Positions 46,692-54,963 of a stretch of DNA of 64,000 bases are shown piece by piece. Location: assembly GCA_913053845.1 (NCBI GenBank), contig CAJXGD010000005.1:2239-66238 (forward strand). The letters are read 5' to 3'. Each line of letters opens with the position of its first letter. The stretch's first letter is position 1. A program made the position numbers and the translations under genes. This stretch comes from an uncultured bacterium (GTDB lineage Bacteria > Bipolaricaulota > Bipolaricaulia > RBG-16-55-9 > DRJF01). The notes below the pieces were generated by a model. That model did no database searches. It was given only the letters and a program-made list of their open reading frames with translations, and was not told the origin of the DNA.

Positions 46692-48089
46692 TTAGCTCTC
46701 CTGCCAAAAAGCGGGCACGTGACCGCTGCGAGCCAGATGGTTGTGCAATGTCAGCAGCGCCGTGTAGGTCGGCAGTATGTAGAGTGAGCTGCCCGCTGGC
46801 AATTGGGCCATTGCGGCCTCCAATGCCGGCACAGGTTTCGGTATGATCGTCACGCGCACCTGATCGATGCCGGCATATTTGAGGCGCAAGGCCACCTCCA
46901 GGGCACGGGTGCCCGACGCGGTGATCGAGACGGCTCGGTCGGACAACAGCTCGAAGTCCACATCCCAGAGCCAAGAGATGTCGTGACCATCTGCATCGTT
47001 ATCATTGACCAGGATAAGCAGATGAGCCTCTTGAGCACTGGTGGCTCGGGTGATCAGCTGTATCACCTGGTTGAAGCTGGCGGGGTTCTTCACCAGGAAG
47101 AGATGCAGTTCATGGTCTCCCAGCAGGATGCGCTCGCCCCGTCCGAAGACGGCTCGGAATTCGCTCAAGGTCTCTGCCACAACCTGCGACGGGATGCCCA
47201 GCGAAAGGGCAGTAGCAGCAGCGGCTAGGGCGTTATAGACGTCGTAGAGACCGGGCAGCGGCAAATGGACCTTCAACTCAGCGGATGGAGAGCCGATGTG
47301 GACCTCGAAGCTTCCTTCCTGGCATGGGACCACCCGATCGGCGAAGACCTGTGGGGTGGGACGAGCCTCGCCGCACTGAGGACAGACATAGATGCCCAGA
47401 TGACTAAAGTAACGCTTCGTGTACTCAAAGGCGGTGCTGCAGCGCCGGCAATCGGTGGCATCTGCCGCATATAGCCCCGTCTCTCCGGCCAGGCAATGAT
47501 CTTCAATGCCATAGAAAAGGGGTGACTGGGCACAATCTCGGGCTAGGTTGGCCACCGTAGGATCGTCGGCGTTGAGGACGGCGCGACTGCCGACGGGCAG
47601 CGCTTGCAGTGCTTGAGCCACACGATCCGTGACTGCATCGAGCTCACCGTAGCGATCAAGCTGGTCGCGAAAGAAGTTGTGAACGATCAGCCGCCGGGGG
47701 CGCAACTGGGCAGAGACACTAGGGGTCCAGGCCTCATCAACCTCGATGATGGCGATGGTATTGCCGTGGCCTGCCAGCCGCGGTAGCTCTAGCAAGGCCG
47801 TGGTCACCCCGCTGGCCATGTTCGCACCCGCACCGTTGCTGACTACCTGCCAACCGATTCGCTGGCAGATGGCAGTTAGCATCCGCGTGGTCGTCGTCTT
47901 CCCGTTGGTGCCCGTGACTACGACCACGCCCTGGGAAGCAAGCGAGGCCAGTTTGCGCATGGCCTGGGGGTCCAGACGCGAGGTGACCGCACCGGGCATG
48001 ACGGTGCCGCCGCCTGTGCCCAGGACCTGCGAGAGCCAGCGGACCAGCCGCCCACTCCCTATCGCCAGTCGCAAGCGAAGATCAATCAT
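46692..48089 (-). CDS. murT: Lipid II isoglutaminyl synthase, Mur-ligase-like subunit
   Basis: GTNGKTTTT P-loop. Cys4 ribbon (CRRCSTAF…CPQCGE). DUF1727-type C-terminal domain (LVNDNDADGHDISWLWD). Confidence 0.85.
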   Translation of the reverse strand: MIDLRLRLAIGSGRLVRWLSQVLGTGGGTVMPGAVTSRLDPQAMRKLASLASQGVVVVTGTNGKTTTTRMLTAICQRIGWQVVSNGAGANMASGVTTALLELPRLAGHGNTIAIIEVDEAWTPSVSAQLRPRRLIVHNFFRDQLDRYGELDAVTDRVAQALQALPVGSRAVLNADDPTVANLARDCAQSPLFYGIEDHCLAGETGLYAADATDCRRCSTAFEYTKRYFSHLGIYVCPQCGEARPTPQVFADRVVPCQEGSFEVHIGSPSAELKVHLPLPGLYDVYNALAAAATALSLGIPSQVVAETLSEFRAVFGRGERILLGDHELHLFLVKNPASFNQVIQLITRATSAQEAHLLILVNDNDADGHDISWLWDVDFELLSDRAVSITASGTRALEVALRLKYAGIDQVRVTIIPKPVPALEAAMAQLPAGSSLYILPTYTALLTLHNHLARSGHVPAFWQES

Positions 48090-48216
48090 GAGATAAAGGA
48101 GGGAGGAGAGCCGGGTGCCGGGCTGGTCGTCGCTCGTCCGGAACCCGGAGCATCGCGGTCACCAGCGGATGCCAAGACATGATCCTGGCGCGAATTGACC
48201 TAAACATCAGGGACAT
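48082..48216 (-). pseudogene. Chimeric leader ORF: histidine-kinase 5' fragment (18 codons) read through into junk, ending across the murT start codon
   Basis: MSLMFRSIRARIMSWHPLV is 16/18 identical to the HK N-terminus. The ORF then continues …TAMLRVPDERRPARHPALLPPLSHD and stops at 48082, 7 nt past the murT ATG. Confidence 0.6.
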
Positions 48217-48217
48217 C
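48161..48217. repeat. 57-bp direct repeat, copy B (original junction at the RR 3' end, carrying an HK 5' fragment)
   Basis: accagcGgatgccaagacatgatcctggcgcgaatTgaCctaaacatcagggacatcc. It encodes the RR C-terminus …IPDVPDV* and, overlapping it, the HK start MSLMFRSIRARIMSWH. Confidence 0.8.
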
Positions 48218-48901
48218 CGGGATCGGGGGATCTTCATCTTGCAATACGTAGCCGACGCCTCGGATGGTGTGCAATAACTTGACTGACGCGCCCTTGTCGA
48301 TCTTTTGCCGCAAGCGGTAGATAAACACATCAATCAGATTGGAAAAGCTGTCGAAATCACCGGCCCAGACGTGCTCACTCAGCTCGGTTCGGGTAATGAC
48401 CCGGTGAGGGTGGCGCATGAAATACTCCAGTACCTCGTACTCCTTCCCGGTCAAGTTGATCTCCCTCCCGCTGCGGCGGACCCGGTGGGTGATCAAATCC
48501 AAGCTCAAGTTAGCTACCTGCAGCAAGCGAGGCTCAGGCTGCGCACCTCGACGCAGCAAGGCCCGCAGGCGCGCCAAGAGCTCTGCGAAGGCAAAGGGCT
48601 TGGTCAGGTAGTCATCGGCACCGTAATCCAAGCCGCGTACCTTGTCCTCTAAAGAGTCTTTGGCGGTCAGAAGCAATACGGGCGTGAGGCGCCCCGCTTG
48701 CCGCAGCTCGCCGAGCATGGTCAAGCCATCTTTCTTGGGCAGCAGGATGTCGAGGATGACCAGATCATACTCGTTCAGTTGAGTGAGAAAAAGCCCCTCC
48801 TCGCCATCGTAGGCGACGTCTACCGCATAATGCTCCTCCTGCAAACCTTGCCGGATGAAGCTGGCCAGCTCAGGCTCATCTTCGACGATCAGGATACGCA
48901 T
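48200..48901 (-). CDS. OmpR-family response regulator
   Basis: MRILIVEDEPEL…DLVILDILLPKKDG…TAKD. Winged-helix C-terminal domain. Confidence 0.85.
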   Translation of the reverse strand: MRILIVEDEPELASFIRQGLQEEHYAVDVAYDGEEGLFLTQLNEYDLVILDILLPKKDGLTMLGELRQAGRLTPVLLLTAKDSLEDKVRGLDYGADDYLTKPFAFAELLARLRALLRRGAQPEPRLLQVANLSLDLITHRVRRSGREINLTGKEYEVLEYFMRHPHRVITRTELSEHVWAGDFDSFSNLIDVFIYRLRQKIDKGASVKLLHTIRGVGYVLQDEDPPIPDVPDV

Positions 48902-48964
48902 AATTTTACCTATACTATGCAATACAATCTAGCCAATCTCAAAGCGACCAAGTATAGCACCCTG

Positions 48965-49456
48965 TTAGGCGCGTTTTTTGCGAAACTGATACTCGCGCCA
49001 AATGAAATACACAACAACGAAATCGAAAATGCTGAGTAACAGCAGGAAAAGAGAATGAGTGTGGGTGAAGCGGTAGAGCATGTAAGCAATGAAGATGCCA
49101 AGAAACCAGAGTGCGGTCGGATATGCCCACAGTCGGTCTCGCAACAAGCCTGCAACCAAAAAGACCTTGATAAGACCGTGCACGAGAAGATAAACGCTCG
49201 CGAAAAGCTGAGTGTCTGATGAAAGGCTTTGCACGGAGTGGCGCAACAAATTGGCAATCAAGTCATGGGGGTCTTCCGATAGCTCATGCGCCGTCAGAAA
49301 GAAAATGGTGGCATTGAGGACCCTAGGGCTCATAAAGAGGAGGAGCGAGCCACCGATGATCTCCAGTATGCCGTCCACGCCCTTAAACAAGACGATAATC
49401 TCAAACAGCCGGTGTGTAGTTTTCTCCTGTGTTGTCCTATTTAGGGGTTGAAACAT
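48965..49456 (-). CDS. DUF2127-type small membrane protein (low-GC segment)
   Basis: Start placed at the internal ATG 49456 (MFQPLNRTT…). Three to four TM helices. The region is clearly lower in GC than the flanks. Confidence 0.45.
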   Translation of the reverse strand: MFQPLNRTTQEKTTHRLFEIIVLFKGVDGILEIIGGSLLLFMSPRVLNATIFFLTAHELSEDPHDLIANLLRHSVQSLSSDTQLFASVYLLVHGLIKVFLVAGLLRDRLWAYPTALWFLGIFIAYMLYRFTHTHSLFLLLLSIFDFVVVYFIWREYQFRKKRA

Positions 49457-49503
49457 ACCTAACACCTGAATACCTGAGTTCAGCGGCGGGTGGTGCTGGC
49501 AGA

Positions 49504-49539
49504 GTGTACTTCGACAAAGAGCCAACTTGCAAACGCCAA
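49504..49539. repeat. 36-bp direct repeat, copy 1 (tgtacttcgacaaagagccaacttgcaaacgccaaa)
   Basis: Matches 50410-50445 at 34 of 36 positions. Confidence 0.7.
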
Positions 49540-49648
49540 ACCAACCAGAGCGCACGAGGGGAGGCCGCGGAGTCTCAAGTCGAGAATCCATCATGGCATC
49601 CCCTCGCGCATTGGCCATCGTTAGGTTAGCGAACGGCTCCTCGCCAGC

Positions 49649-49993
49649 TTAATCTTGCGGGCCGTCCTGTGGACCGTCCGGGCCATCCTTCTGCTGGGTG
49701 TTGTCGGTGTCTGTAGCCGAATCCGGAGCTTCAGTCTTGCTCTCCGATTCAGCCGCCGAATCCGGAGCCTCAGTCTTGCTCTTTGATTCAGTCGCCGACT
49801 CTGGAGCTTCGGTCTCGCTCGCCGCAGCCGTGGCATTGGTCACGTTGGCATTAGCCTGAACCGCTGCTGTCGTTTGCACAGGCGTAGTGCTGGCCGCGAA
49901 CATCTGATGAGAGGCGCTTAGAGCTAGGCCACCCACCAGGAGTAGCGCGGCCATGCCGAAGACCGCGATCAGTGTTCCTTTTCTCATGTTCAA
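49649..49993 (-). CDS. Small secreted acidic tandem-repeat protein
   Basis: Signal peptide MNMRKGTLIAVFGMAALLLVGGLALSA. Contains (SKTEAPDSA/ESA) repeats. Confidence 0.45.
   Translation of the reverse strand: MNMRKGTLIAVFGMAALLLVGGLALSASHQMFAASTTPVQTTAAVQANANVTNATAAASETEAPESATESKSKTEAPDSAAESESKTEAPDSATDTDNTQQKDGPDGPQDGPQD
49716..49830. repeat. About three tandem 36-39-bp DNA repeats inside the secreted-repeat-protein gene
   Basis: gccgaatccggagcttcagtcttgctctccgattca, followed by two imperfect copies. Confidence 0.6.
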
Positions 49994-50208
49994 CTCACCT
50001 CACTTTCGCTGCTAGTTGGGCAGCGAGCCCAGTATAGTAAATCGGAGATGAACCCACGGTGAATCGGAGATGAACATGCAGTCATGGCAATCCGCCATCA
50101 CCGTGGCCTGGCTCCAACTCCTCATGACAAGGCCTCCCGGCGGCGTTGTCCCAGTAAGTCCATTTTACTCAGTCGGCCAGACCTAGTAGTATACTGGCAG
50201 CGCGAGAT

Positions 50209-50401
50209 ATGGACCTACTCAGTTGGATCACCGCGGTCTTCGTCCAATACGGCTATTGGGTTATCTTTTTCGGCGTGATGCTGGAGAACGCTGGCATCCC
50301 TCTGCCGGGCGAGACGGTCCTACTGGCAGCGGCTTTCTTCGCCTGCCAGGGGCACTTCAATCTGGTTATCGTCATCGCTGTGGCTGCCGTAGGCGCAGTG
50401 T
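50209..50401 (+). pseudogene. Duplicated 5' fragment of the dedA gene (first 64 codons plus promoter region), truncated
   Basis: 50164-50401 is about 85-90 % identical to 51146-51382. It encodes MDLLSWITAVFVQYGYWVIFFGVMLENAGIPLPGET…AVGAV, then diverges into the 36-bp repeat copy 2. Confidence 0.6.
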
Positions 50402-50680
50402 TCGCAGACTGTACTTCGACAAAGAGCCCACTTGCAAACGCCAGATCAGTCTCGGCTGCAGCGCGGTCAAGTGCAGCGCCTGGTTAGACATGTAGCTCTG
50501 GTGAGCTTGACCCGACCCCCCGGCTCGAAAGCCGATGTTGAAGGTAAGAAATCCAGGAACGAGTGACAAGCCGATGCTCCTGAGCTCTGTTCGACAACAG
50601 AGGCCGACAATTCGAGCAAGGGGCGAGCCCATTGCTCGTGTGATTCGATTCACCAGACGAGAGTAGGTTTGTGCTTTCAT
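50372..50680 (-). CDS. Hypothetical 103-aa protein
   Basis: ATG 50680 preceded by an AGGAGGTG RBS: MKAQTYSRLVNRITRAMGSPLARIVGLCCRTELRSIGL… No recognised family. Confidence 0.3.
   Translation of the reverse strand: MKAQTYSRLVNRITRAMGSPLARIVGLCCRTELRSIGLSLVPGFLTFNIGFRAGGSGQAHQSYMSNQALHLTALQPRLIWRLQVGSLSKYSLRTLRLRQPQR
50410..50445. repeat. 36-bp direct repeat, copy 2
   Basis: tgtacttcgacaaagagcccacttgcaaacgccaga. Confidence 0.7.
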
Positions 50681-50831
50681 AGAAGCACCTCCTTTCTCGA
50701 TCCTAGGAATCGGGTCCGACTCGGGGGTCGAGTCCAGTTCACCAATGCAACTTTGCTCCACACTTTGCATGCGTAACGTTACCTTCAGCGGAGCAGGCGC
50801 GCAAGCGACTGCGTCCGTGGATAGAGGCACA

Positions 50832-50912
50832 ATGAACAAACGCCCCAAGAAGCTTCTCAACCGGGTCCGCGACCCGATCCGCCTCAAACACTACGTCGCG
50901 GCATCGACGTAA
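50832..50912 (+). pseudogene. 27-codon remnant resembling the N-terminus of an integron-type tyrosine recombinase
   Basis: MNKRPKKLLNRVRDPIRLKHYVAAST*. The block LLxRVRDxIRLKHY matches the conserved start LLDxVRDxIRxxHYSxRTE of IntI-like integrases. It is interrupted after HY. Confidence 0.35.
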
Positions 50913-51189
50913 AATCAAGCACTCAAGGCCTATAGAGGGCAAGCCGCTCTCCCAGGTGGCCCATCCGCCCCGCCCACTTGAGCCATATCCATAGGTTGTG
51001 TAACATCACCGCGATCCCCAGCAGTAGCAAGCGCAGCCCCACCCGCCGCTACGCAGTGCGTGCTCGTGCCTGTTCCTACACCCGGTGGTTGCTCTCGATC
51101 CCGAACCGCCTGCGGTACTTTCCCCCCAAGTGAGTGCAAGAAAGTTCTTTACTCAGTCAGCTAGCCCTGGTATACTGGCGGCGCGAGAT

Positions 51190-52497
51190 ATGGATCTACT
51201 CAGTTGGATCACTGCGGCCTTTGTCCAGTACGGCTATTGGGTCGTCTTCTTAGGTGTCATGCTGGAGAACGCCGGCATCCCCTTGCCGGGGGAGACGATC
51301 CTGCTGGCGGCGGCTTTCTTCGCCTACCAGGGGCACTTCAATCTGGTTATCGTCATCGCTGTGGCCGCCGTAGGCGCAGTGCTCGGTGACAACGCCGGCT
51401 ACTGGATCGGTCGCCGCGGCGGGAGATCGCTGCTCGAGCGCTACGGAGGTTATCTGCTCCTGAACGCGAAGCGACTAGCTGGCTTGGAGCGCTTTTTCGA
51501 GCGTTACGGCGCCAAGGCGGTCTTCTTCGCCCGCTTCGTCACTGGATTTCGCGTCTTTACCGCCCTCTTCGCCGGAGCCGGGCAGATGCCCTGGCCGAAG
51601 TTTGTGTTCTATAATGCCGCCGGTGCGCTCATCTGGAGCATTACCATGGGGTCCTTGGGCTATCTTTTCGGCTACAGCTGGGAGGCACTGGCCCATTGGC
51701 TGGGGCGTGGCAGCTTGGTCGCCGGGGCGGCGCTGCTGCTCATCTTTGCGCTTGTCTGGATTCGCCGTCGCCTGCCGGCCTGGCAACGTGCACTCGATGG
51801 CTGGCTGCCCCGCACCCTGGGCCTGCGCGAGCTGCTGATCAGCTTCGCCACTCTGCTCAGCTTGGGGCTCTTCTCCAAAGTAGCTCAGGACGTGGCAGCC
51901 AACGAGTCGCAGCGCTTCGACCTGACTATCTTACAGACCATCCACCGGGATCTGCCCGCTGGTTGGGAGTCGCTGATGAAGGCCATCACTGCTCTGGGGT
52001 CGTTTAAAAATCTCGGCGGACTTTTGATCATCATCCTGCTAGTCCTGCTCTGGCGGCGGCGCTGGAGGATCGCGCGATTTCTGGCCGTCACCGGTCTGCT
52101 CACCCCAGTTTTTATCGAGGGGCTCAAGCTGGCTTTCCATCGGGCTCGTCCCCATCTCTGGCCCGCACCATTCGAAGCTTCGTACAGCTTTCCCTCTGGC
52201 CACGCGCTGGGCTCGCTGGTCATCTACGGTGTGCTGGCCTATCTGGTCGACAAGACCTGGCCGCGCTGGCGGCCGGCCATCTGGAGCGTCTACCTGGTGC
52301 TGGTGTTGACGATCGGCTTCAGCCGACTATATCTGGGTGTGCACTGGCCTACCGACATCTTGGGTGGTTGGGCCGCCGGAGGACTGCTGCTCTTCGGGCT
52401 GATCTACTGGCGCGAGGGACGCTATCGCCTGCCGGCGCTGGTTTGGCTTGAGCTGCGCAAGTTGTGGAACCGAGTAGGGACGAATAGCCGTAGCTGA
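51190..52497 (+). CDS. DedA (VTT/SNARE-associated) domain fused to a PAP2 phosphatase domain
   Basis: Start placed at ATG 51190 (MDLLSWITAAFVQYGYW…), 36 codons into the longer ORF from 51085. N-terminal DedA segment (…DNAGYWIGRRGG…). C-terminal PAP2 motifs KLAFHRARP…SFPSGHA…SRLYLGVHWPTD. Confidence 0.8.
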   Translation: MDLLSWITAAFVQYGYWVVFLGVMLENAGIPLPGETILLAAAFFAYQGHFNLVIVIAVAAVGAVLGDNAGYWIGRRGGRSLLERYGGYLLLNAKRLAGLERFFERYGAKAVFFARFVTGFRVFTALFAGAGQMPWPKFVFYNAAGALIWSITMGSLGYLFGYSWEALAHWLGRGSLVAGAALLLIFALVWIRRRLPAWQRALDGWLPRTLGLRELLISFATLLSLGLFSKVAQDVAANESQRFDLTILQTIHRDLPAGWESLMKAITALGSFKNLGGLLIIILLVLLWRRRWRIARFLAVTGLLTPVFIEGLKLAFHRARPHLWPAPFEASYSFPSGHALGSLVIYGVLAYLVDKTWPRWRPAIWSVYLVLVLTIGFSRLYLGVHWPTDILGGWAAGGLLLFGLIYWREGRYRLPALVWLELRKLWNRVGTNSRS

Positions 52498-52533
52498 GCG
52501 TGCAGGCAGCCGGAGCCAGGCGTCACTAGCCGC

Positions 52534-52562
52534 TTGACAGCAGGAAAAATCTTTGCTAAAGT
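52534..52562 (+). promoter_or_regulatory. Putative sigma70-type promoter of the dynamin/Ehr operon (TTGACA-N17-TAAAGT)
   Basis: TTGACA at 52534-39, 17-nt spacer, TAAAGT at 52557-62. A 150-nt leader follows, with a G/C hairpin just before the ATG at 52711. Confidence 0.4.
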
Positions 52563-52710
52563 TTAGGCCAATCCAGCGTGATGGAGTCCACAAGCAAGTG
52601 CCCTAGCGGGCTAATGACTCCTACCCAGGTGAATAACCTCTGGTAGGAGCGAGCCGGCATAGGGTATCCCTAGCTAGTGCTAGAAGACCCCTGCCAGGGA
52701 AGGGGTTTCT

Positions 52711-54534
52711 ATGGACCATAGCCAGCAAGATTCAATGGCCCAGGCGGTGCTCAGCCGGCAAGAGAGGAAGGCCGACGCGGGGCTCAAATCTCTCCTGGAG
52801 CAGAGTTTAATAATCCTTAACCAGCTCGGTCCGGAGTTCACCACCGACGGTGAAAACCTGCTGGCCTTACAGTCGCGTCTGCTGGCTGACCGCTTTCAGT
52901 TGGCCGTGCTGGGCCAGTTCAAACGGGGCAAGAGCACGCTGCTCAACGCGCTGCTCGGCGAGGAGCTCCTGCCCACCTCCGTCCTGCCTCTCACCGCTAT
53001 TCCTACTTTCTTGCAGTGGGGTCCCAGACTCCGCGCCCGGGTCGTCTATCAGGATGGTCGCTCGGCAGAAGAGTTCTGCGGAGAGGTACCCGCTGAGCTG
53101 GCGGCCTTTTTGGCGAAGTTCGTCACCGAGGAGGTCAATCCCCGGAACCGCTTGGGCATCTCGCAGGTGGAGGTCTTCCATCCGGCTCCCCTGCTGAAGG
53201 GTGTAGTGCTGATCGACACGCCGGGCATCGGCTCGACCCTGCGGCATAATACGGAGACCACCCTGAGCTTCTTGCCCCAGTGCGATGCGGCCCTGTTCGT
53301 CGTATCGGCCGATCCGCCGATCACCGAGGTCGAAGTGAAGTTCCTCCAGGCCATTCTGCCCCAGGTGGCTCGGCTCTTCGTCGTGCTGAACAAGATAGAT
53401 TACTTGAGAGAGACGGAGCGCAAGACCGCGCTGAATTTTCTCGCCCAGGTGCTGAACCAGGAGGTGGGGCTTAAGGGGGAGATCCCGATCTTCTCCGTCT
53501 CGGCGCGCCAGGGGCTTGAGGCCCGCAGCTCTGGGGATAGCCGGCGCTGGTCCCAGAGCGGTGTGGAAGCTCTCGAACGCTACCTACTGGACTTCCTGGC
53601 CTATGACAGATCTCGGGCGCTCAAGCAAGCCCTAGCGCAGAAGGTCGCCGACATCCTCGCCGACGTCTTGATGCGACTGGAGATCTCGATTCGCTCGCTG
53701 CAGTTGCCGTTGACAGAGCTGGAAGAGCGCTTGCAGCTTTTCCAGCAACAGCTCCAGGAGGCAGAAGCCCAGCGCATCATCGCCGCTGACCTGCTGCAGG
53801 GAGATCAGCGGCGCTTGGCCGCCCGTCTCGAGGAGCAGGCCGAGAGCTTGCGCCGAGGGGCCCGGGATCATCTTGGGGAGATCGCCAAGAGAGAACTGGC
53901 CCGGCAGGGCGATCAGCTCGATGAAGGTGCTGTAGAGCGCGTCTTAGCTGAGGCGATCCCGGCCTTCTTCGCCGGGCAGCTCGAAGCGCTCTCGGGGGAG
54001 TTCGCGCAGCAGGTGGCCGAGACGCTGCGCCCTCACGAACAGCGGGCTGATGAGCTAGTTGAGGCCATACGCCGCGGGGCGGCGGAGCTCTTTGAAGTGC
54101 CCTATCGCGCGCCGCAGAGCGTCCGTGCCTTCGAGGTGCGCCGCCGGCCATACTGGGTGACTCAACGGCCGGATGCCTCTTTAACCTCGATCTCTGCCGG
54201 CCTGGCGGAGCGGCTGTTGCCTGCCCACCTGCACCGCGTGCGTGCGGCAAAACGGCTAATGGCTCAGGTCGAGTCACTGGTGCTGCAGAACGTGGAGAAC
54301 CTGCGTTGGGCGACCCGGCAGAACCTGGATCAGGCCTTCCGTCGCTTCGCCGCTAGCCTGGAAGAGCGCCTCCAGGAGACGATCGCCGCCACCCAGGGGG
54401 CCATTCAAGCGGCCTGGACCAAACGCCAGGAGAGCGCTCCGGCCGTCTCCGCCGAGGTCAAGCGCCTGGAGTCGGTGGCCGCAGAGCTGCGCCAGGTCCA
54501 AGCTCGACTGGAAAAGGCAAACTTATGGAGCTGA
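52711..54534 (+). CDS. Bacterial dynamin-like GTPase
   Basis: G1 GQFKRGKSTLLNALLG. G3 VLIDTPGIGS. G4 LNKID. Long coiled-coil stalk. 607 aa. Confidence 0.8.
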   Translation: MDHSQQDSMAQAVLSRQERKADAGLKSLLEQSLIILNQLGPEFTTDGENLLALQSRLLADRFQLAVLGQFKRGKSTLLNALLGEELLPTSVLPLTAIPTFLQWGPRLRARVVYQDGRSAEEFCGEVPAELAAFLAKFVTEEVNPRNRLGISQVEVFHPAPLLKGVVLIDTPGIGSTLRHNTETTLSFLPQCDAALFVVSADPPITEVEVKFLQAILPQVARLFVVLNKIDYLRETERKTALNFLAQVLNQEVGLKGEIPIFSVSARQGLEARSSGDSRRWSQSGVEALERYLLDFLAYDRSRALKQALAQKVADILADVLMRLEISIRSLQLPLTELEERLQLFQQQLQEAEAQRIIAADLLQGDQRRLAARLEEQAESLRRGARDHLGEIAKRELARQGDQLDEGAVERVLAEAIPAFFAGQLEALSGEFAQQVAETLRPHEQRADELVEAIRRGAAELFEVPYRAPQSVRAFEVRRRPYWVTQRPDASLTSISAGLAERLLPAHLHRVRAAKRLMAQVESLVLQNVENLRWATRQNLDQAFRRFAASLEERLQETIAATQGAIQAAWTKRQESAPAVSAEVKRLESVAAELRQVQARLEKANLWS

Positions 54535-54959
54535 GCGAGGGCGATCGTTCAGAGGTGAACCTGCGGCACCGCCGTGTGATTCGCCTAAATCTGCTCATCT
54601 TGGAGGAGACGATGGCCGAGGTCGAGCGGCTGATCGGCGCTGAAGGAGAGGGGATCCTGCGGCGACGGCGCAACCCGCTGAGCACCGCCACGCGCCAGGA
54701 GCTCTTGGACCGGATCGAGCAGGTGCGCCGAACATTGGTCGAGCTGAAGGATTCCTTCGGCTTTGCGGTCGAAGAGCAGGATGTGACGCGGATGATCCGC
54801 GCGCTGCTCTCCCATCAATGGACGGTGCTCTGCGACACTGAATCGCGCCGGCTGCGGGGTTATGGGGAGCCGGCGCCGGAGTTGGCGGCGCGGCTAGATC
54901 CCTCAATTGCCAAGTTGATCCGGCTCGTCGAAGGGATGGAAGCGTGCCTGGTGAGGTGA
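54525..54959 (+). CDS. Hypothetical 144-aa protein (translationally coupled to the dynamin gene)
   Basis: Overlaps the dynamin stop by 10 nt. Predicted helical, no motif. Confidence 0.4.
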   Translation: MELSEGDRSEVNLRHRRVIRLNLLILEETMAEVERLIGAEGEGILRRRRNPLSTATRQELLDRIEQVRRTLVELKDSFGFAVEEQDVTRMIRALLSHQWTVLCDTESRRLRGYGEPAPELAARLDPSIAKLIRLVEGMEACLVR

Positions 54960-54963
54960 GCTG

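Noticed and set aside
49456-49625. Possible attC-like site (RYYYAAC at 49456 and GTTRRRY at 49619)
   Set aside because: Both 7-mers are expected by chance many times in 64 kb. I could not verify the L/R box structure or the extrahelical bases. It is mentioned only as context for the integrase-like remnant.
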